A DNA stretch of 64,000 bases from Syntrophobacterales bacterium (GTDB taxonomy: Bacteria; Desulfobacterota; Syntrophia; Syntrophales; UBA2210). Shown one piece after another: positions 59,284 through 64,000 of this stretch (its first letter is position 1; each line of letters starts with the position of its first letter). The stretch lies in the NCBI GenBank assembly GCA_018433345.1, contig JAHDRK010000007.1, positions 20,135 to 84,134 on the forward strand. Reading direction: 5' to 3'. Made by a program: the position numbers and the translations under genes. The notes beneath the pieces are model-generated. The model was not told where the DNA came from. It did no database searches and saw nothing but the letters and a program-made list of their open reading frames with translations.

Positions 59284-61287
59284 ATGATCGACTTCAGTAA
59301 AGAATTAAACGAGGAACAGTATCGGGTGGTGACGGCGGAGCCGGGGCCGCTGTTGGTCATCGCGGGGGCGGGAAGCGGCAAGACGAGGACGCTTACTTAC
59401 CGCGTGGCTTGGCTCCTGGAAAAAGGGGTGCCGCCCGATTCCATACTGTTGGCTACATTTACGAACAAGGCCGCCCGTTCCATGTTGTCCAGGGTTGAAG
59501 GTCTGGTGGGCGAGCAGGCACGTGAGGTGTGGGGAGGAACCTTTCACAGCCTGGGGAATAGGATCCTGCGACGTCATGCCCGGCGCATGGGCTACGAAAG
59601 CAATTATTCGATCCTGGACAGGGACGACGCCCAGCAGCTCGTGGCTTCCTCCATTGTCGAAGCGGGGATAACAACGAAGAGCGACCGCTTTCCCAAGGCC
59701 GCCCAATTGCTTGACATTATTTCCCTGGCGGCGAACACATCCATTCCCCTGGAAAAGGTCCTTCTTGAACGGTTCCCGTCCACGGCTCCCTTCGTAACGG
59801 ATATTCTCAAAGTCGCCTTCCGCTACCGACTGAGAAAACAGGAGCTGAACGTCATGGATTTCGATGATCTCCTGCTCAAGTGGTACGATCTTCTGGCGGA
59901 GCACGACGACATCCGCGAGGAATACGCGGAAAAATTCCAACACATTCTCGTTGACGAATACCAGGATACCAATATCATCCAGGCAAAAATACTGGACATC
60001 CTGTCGTCCCGCCACGGCAATATCATGGTTGTGGGAGATGATTCCCAGAGCATCTATTCTTTCCGGGGAGCCGACTATCGGAACATCCTCAGCTTTCCGA
60101 AAAGATACGCAGGCTCGCGAATATTCAAGCTCGAGACAAACTACCGCAGTACGCCGCCGATATTAAATCTCGCCAATCTTTCCATAATCAACAACCAAAG
60201 GCAGTATGAAAAGCAGTTGCGGGCCGTTCGCAGCGGAGGCGTTCGACCCGTTTACGCCCCGTTGGTCGACGCTTCGCATCAGGCGGACTTCGTGGTTCGG
60301 CGGATACTGGAACTCGCCGACGAGGGAGTTCCCCTCGACGAGATAGCGGTCCTCTATCGCGCTCACCACCACGCGATGGAATTGCAGATGGAACTGGTCA
60401 GGCAAGACATACCCTTTGTCGTCCGGTCGGGAATCCGCTTTTTCGAGCAGGCTCACATCAAGGACATGAACGCCTACCTGCGCCTGGCCGCAAACCCTTG
60501 CGACGAGCTCGCCTGGAGGAGGGTGCTCGGTCTTTACGGTGGAATAGGTAAAGCGCGCGCCGGGGCGATATGGGAAAAGCTTGCCGCAGGCACCGATCCG
60601 CGGCGTCACATTTTTTCAGAAGAGATCGAGGTGGGGCTTTCGAAGACAGCCTTACCCGGGCTCAGGGTTTTACGATCGAACCTGAAAAGGCTTTTCGAAG
60701 CCGCCTCCGGGGATGATCCGGGCAGGACAATTGAAACTATGCTTACGGAAGGTGGGTACGGTACAATCATGAGGGATCGTTATGACAACTTCCAGTCCCG
60801 CGAAGAAGACCTGCGCCAGCTTGCCGAATTTTCCCGCCGGTTCGAATCCCTTCATGATTTTCTGACCGACCTGGCTCTAATGACGAACCTTGACGATGAC
60901 AAGGGTATGTTCCCGGAAGACCGGCGCAATGGTTGGATTCCGGGAGGCAAAGTCGTTCTCAGCACCATCCACCAGGCAAAAGGGCTTGAGTGGTCCGTGG
61001 TGTTCATGATCCGTTGTTCCGAGGGATGCCTGCCGCTTTCCAGGGCCCTCCGCGAGCCCGGCGGTGAAGATGAAGAGAGGCGCCTTTTTTACGTGGCCGC
61101 CACCAGGGCGAAAGACAGGCTTTATCTCTGTCACGCCGTCAACGAAGGAGGCCGTGGCGGCTGGTCACGGTCATGCGCCCCCTCACGATTCATAAATGAA
61201 CTGGCCTATTCCTGTCCGTCGCCCGGCGAGCTTCCCTTCGAACAGTGGGACGGATATCCGTATCACCGGGTGCCGGGGAAGGGGTAA
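59284..61287 (+). CDS. uvrD: UvrD/PcrA/Rep-family ATP-dependent DNA helicase
   Basis: AGAGSGKTRTL Walker A, VDEYQDTN, and TIHQAKGLEW motif VI region. Confidence 0.88.
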   Translation: MIDFSKELNEEQYRVVTAEPGPLLVIAGAGSGKTRTLTYRVAWLLEKGVPPDSILLATFTNKAARSMLSRVEGLVGEQAREVWGGTFHSLGNRILRRHARRMGYESNYSILDRDDAQQLVASSIVEAGITTKSDRFPKAAQLLDIISLAANTSIPLEKVLLERFPSTAPFVTDILKVAFRYRLRKQELNVMDFDDLLLKWYDLLAEHDDIREEYAEKFQHILVDEYQDTNIIQAKILDILSSRHGNIMVVGDDSQSIYSFRGADYRNILSFPKRYAGSRIFKLETNYRSTPPILNLANLSIINNQRQYEKQLRAVRSGGVRPVYAPLVDASHQADFVVRRILELADEGVPLDEIAVLYRAHHHAMELQMELVRQDIPFVVRSGIRFFEQAHIKDMNAYLRLAANPCDELAWRRVLGLYGGIGKARAGAIWEKLAAGTDPRRHIFSEEIEVGLSKTALPGLRVLRSNLKRLFEAASGDDPGRTIETMLTEGGYGTIMRDRYDNFQSREEDLRQLAEFSRRFESLHDFLTDLALMTNLDDDKGMFPEDRRNGWIPGGKVVLSTIHQAKGLEWSVVFMIRCSEGCLPLSRALREPGGEDEERRLFYVAATRAKDRLYLCHAVNEGGRGGWSRSCAPSRFINELAYSCPSPGELPFEQWDGYPYHRVPGKG

Positions 61288-61292
61288 CCCGT

Positions 61293-63074
61293 TCAGCCCT
61301 TCACCACTTTAAGGGAAAGCTCCATGAGCTGTTCCGGCGTCGCCGGTGAAGGTGCGTCCGTGAGGAGACACGTGCCTTTCTGCGTTTTGGGGAAGGCTAT
61401 AACGTCCCGTATCGATTCGGCTCGAGCCATGAGCATGATGATACGATCCAGGCCGAAGGCGATACCTCCATGGGGCGGAGCTCCGTACTCCAAGGCGTCC
61501 AGGAGGAATCCGAATTTCGACCGGGCTTCGTCATCTCCTATCTTCAGGGTACTGAATACCTTTTTCTGTACGTCGCTTCGGTGGATGCGAATGCTGCCGC
61601 CGCCGATTTCCGATCCGTTGAGAACGAGATCATAGGCTCGGGCGCGCACCTTGGCGGGATCTTTGTCGACGAGCGGAATATCCTCGGGCAGGGGAGATGT
61701 GAATGGATGGTGTAAGGCCACGAGGCGTCCTTCCGCTTCGCTGTATTCGAACATGGGAAAATCGGTGATCCAGACAAACGAATAGTTTCCCGGCTCGATC
61801 AGGCCCAGCCTTTGCGCAAGGCGCATCCTGAGGTTGCCCAGCGCTTCGTTGACCACGCTGGGAGTGTCGGCTGCAAAGAGGATCAAGTCCCCGGGATTGG
61901 CTTCGAGTTTCTTGTTGATGGCGGTAACATCCCGGGGATCCAGAAACTTGTATATGGGGGAGGTCCAGTCGCCTTCGTTCACCCGTGCCCAGGCCAGACC
62001 CTTGGCGCCGAATTCAGAAACGTATCCGGGTAATTCGTCCAGGTCTTTTCTTGACAGGCGCTTTCCGTTTTCAACTTTCATCGCCTTTACGATACCGCCG
62101 GCCGCAGCCGTTTCGGCAAACACCTTGAATCCGCAGCCTGCCGCTATGTCCGTGATATCGCGAAGTTCCAGATCGAAACGGATGTCGGGGTTGTCCCGCC
62201 CGTACCGTTCCACGGCATCTTCCCAGGTCAGTCTGGGGAATGGAGTGGTTATATCAATATCGAGGCCTTTCTTGAAAATCTCGGCCATGAGCCCCTCCAT
62301 GACCCCGAGAACGTCTTCTTCCGTAACAAAGGACATCTCTATGTCGATCTGGGTGAATTCAGGCTGCCGGTCGGCGCGGAGGTCTTCATCCCTGAAGCAC
62401 TTAACGATCTGGTAGTAGCGGTCGAAGCCGGAGATCATCAGCAGCTGTTTGAAGAGCTGGGGCGACTGGGGCAGGGCGTAGAACATTCCCGGGTTTATCC
62501 GACTCGGTACCAGGAAATCCCTGGCACCTTCGGGGGTGCTTTTTGTCAGGAATGGGGTTTCAACTTCCAGAAACCCCGCTCCGGACAGGTAGTTACGTGC
62601 CGCCTCGGCGACCTTGCTCCTAAGAACCAGGTTTCTCTGCAACTGTTCGCGCCGGAGATCCAGGTACCGATACTTGAGACGAATGGACTCGGAAATGTCC
62701 GCTTCAGTGTCGAGGACGAAGGGAGGGGTTTTTGATTCGTTGAGGATTTCCAGTTCCTCAACCATGAGCTCCACCTCGCCCGTGGGGAGGCTAGGGTTTG
62801 TCATTCCTTCGAGGCGGCGTTTCAGTGTTCCGCGGACTGCGAGAACGTATTCACTGCGTATTGAATGGGCCTTGCGGTGTGCCTCCGGGGCGACTTCGGG
62901 ATTGAACACGATCTGCGTTAATCCTTCTCTGTCGCGGAGATCGACGAAAATGACTCCTCCGTGATCCCGCCGACGGTGGGCCCAGCCCATAAGTACAACC
63001 GTTTGTCCCACATTGGACACGCGTAGTTCTCCGCAGTTGTGAGTCCTTCTTTGTTTCGTTATGAAATCGGTCAC
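61293..63074 (-). CDS. aspS: aspartyl-tRNA synthetase (bacterial type)
   Basis: 593 aa. OB-fold N-terminus, class II motifs [18 protein letters not shown] and GGIAFGLDR, and a GAD insertion. Confidence 0.93.
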   Translation of the reverse strand: MTDFITKQRRTHNCGELRVSNVGQTVVLMGWAHRRRDHGGVIFVDLRDREGLTQIVFNPEVAPEAHRKAHSIRSEYVLAVRGTLKRRLEGMTNPSLPTGEVELMVEELEILNESKTPPFVLDTEADISESIRLKYRYLDLRREQLQRNLVLRSKVAEAARNYLSGAGFLEVETPFLTKSTPEGARDFLVPSRINPGMFYALPQSPQLFKQLLMISGFDRYYQIVKCFRDEDLRADRQPEFTQIDIEMSFVTEEDVLGVMEGLMAEIFKKGLDIDITTPFPRLTWEDAVERYGRDNPDIRFDLELRDITDIAAGCGFKVFAETAAAGGIVKAMKVENGKRLSRKDLDELPGYVSEFGAKGLAWARVNEGDWTSPIYKFLDPRDVTAINKKLEANPGDLILFAADTPSVVNEALGNLRMRLAQRLGLIEPGNYSFVWITDFPMFEYSEAEGRLVALHHPFTSPLPEDIPLVDKDPAKVRARAYDLVLNGSEIGGGSIRIHRSDVQKKVFSTLKIGDDEARSKFGFLLDALEYGAPPHGGIAFGLDRIIMLMARAESIRDVIAFPKTQKGTCLLTDAPSPATPEQLMELSLKVVKG

Positions 63075-63169
63075 CTTTCCATACCTCTCGAATTTCCTCG
63101 AATTTTAAACACCAATTCCTTTCGCTTCCGCCCGGCTCGTTCCCTGTGTTTACAGGGCGGGTCCCTGTT

Positions 63170-64000
63170 TCACTGATTGTTGTCGAGATTATTGTCGGCA
63201 GCGTTGCCCGAAGTCCGGGGTTCCGTTGAAGTGCCGGCGAGTTCTCGGGCGAGAAGGGCGGCGTCTTTCAATGAAACCGTGCGCTGACCTCCCGCTTTCA
63301 TGTCTCGTAAGGGGGCTTCGTCGCGGACAAGTTCGTCGTCACCGATAATAAGGGTGAAACGGCATCCCAGCTTGTCCGAACGCTTCATCTGTCCTTTTAG
63401 CCCCCTGTCCGAATAATCCATTTCCACAACGATTCCCTTTTTCCTGAGGACATTGGCAAGGAGAAAAGCCCGTTCCCTGGCGTGGGGTCCCAGTGCGGCG
63501 ATGTACAGGAGCGGGGAGGTGTTGAAGTCTTCTTTTTTTGCAGGCATAAGGGAGATCAGGCGCTCCATCCCTATGGCGAATCCTATCCCCGGAAGATCGG
63601 GTCCGCCGAGCTGAGCCGTGAGTCCATCATAGCGGCCTCCGCCGGCGATGGCGTTCTGCGCGCCCAGTGCCGTCGAGGTGACTTCGAAGGCCGTCCTTCG
63701 GTAGTAATCAAGACCTCGTACCATGGCGCCGTTGACTGTGTAGTCTACGCCAAGTCTCTCTAAATAACGGCGTACGCTGTCGAAGTGAACGATACATTCC
63801 TCGCACAGTGAGTCCAGGATCATGGGGGCGCCTTCTATTATTGACCGGCATTCCTCGTTCTTGCAATCGAATACCCGGAGGGGATTGCCACGGAGGCGGC
63901 GGCGGCAGTCCGCGCAAAGATCGACGCTTTTCCCCTCGAGGAAAGATAGAACACGGTCCTTGAACAATGGGCGGCAGAGGGGACATCCTAGTGAATTGAT
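63170..64000 (-). CDS. hisS: histidyl-tRNA synthetase (C-terminal part; 5' end outside the window)
   Basis: The frame is open to the window edge. GGGRYDGL motif 3 and a C-terminal anticodon-binding domain. The TTG at 63967 in the ORF track is not the true start. Confidence 0.9.
   Translation of the reverse strand: MNSLGCPLCRPLFKDRVLSFLEGKSVDLCADCRRRLRGNPLRVFDCKNEECRSIIEGAPMILDSLCEECIVHFDSVRRYLERLGVDYTVNGAMVRGLDYYRRTAFEVTSTALGAQNAIAGGGRYDGLTAQLGGPDLPGIGFAIGMERLISLMPAKKEDFNTSPLLYIAALGPHARERAFLLANVLRKKGIVVEMDYSDRGLKGQMKRSDKLGCRFTLIIGDDELVRDEAPLRDMKAGGQRTVSLKDAALLARELAGTSTEPRTSGNAADNNLDNNQ

Overview
This 64-kb window is a GC-rich bacterial chromosome segment and is almost entirely core housekeeping. 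I call about 55 protein genes, 4 tRNAs and 1 insertion sequence.

Recognisable blocks:
- The conserved rpsB-tsf-pyrH-frr-uppS-cdsA-dxr-rseP array, followed by tsaB-psd-pssA-asd-rsmD-coaD.
- secA-argJ.
- A minus-strand mtaB-rnc-(radical SAM)-era-der array.
- nrdD-nrdG with tandem NrdR boxes.
- yggT-divIVA-yggU-murJ-serS followed by tRNA-Ser x2 and tRNA-Arg.
- adk-uvrD and aspS-hisS.

Likely lineage: the anaerobic RNR, a mitochondrial-EF-G1-like (spd-type) EF-G encoded outside an str operon, and the gene order suggest a strictly or facultatively anaerobic Deltaproteobacteria/Desulfobacterota-like organism. This is inference only.

I see no CRISPR array, no prophage and no obvious defence island.

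The only clearly accessory stretch is about 14.5-23.5 kb. It is an envelope-related neighbourhood containing:
- an AT-rich IS5-family element that cleanly bisects an 805-codon polytopic spermidine-synthase-like gene;
- a signal-peptide-bearing Pcm-type methyltransferase coupled to that gene;
- a divergently transcribed GT-C/TPR (TMTC/PMT-like) membrane protein;
- two tandem type IV pilin paralogues separated by a perfect 14-bp hairpin;
- an orphan pal.

Other points worth a second look:
- an uncharacterised radical SAM gene embedded in the rnc-era operon;
- a two-subunit biotin carboxylase whose carboxyltransferase subunit has KNHGG in place of KDMAG;
- a G-rich intergenic repeat present twice (about 6.16 kb and 55.12 kb);
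- tandem MtaD-like deaminase paralogues.

All functional calls come from motif recognition by eye. No database search was run.
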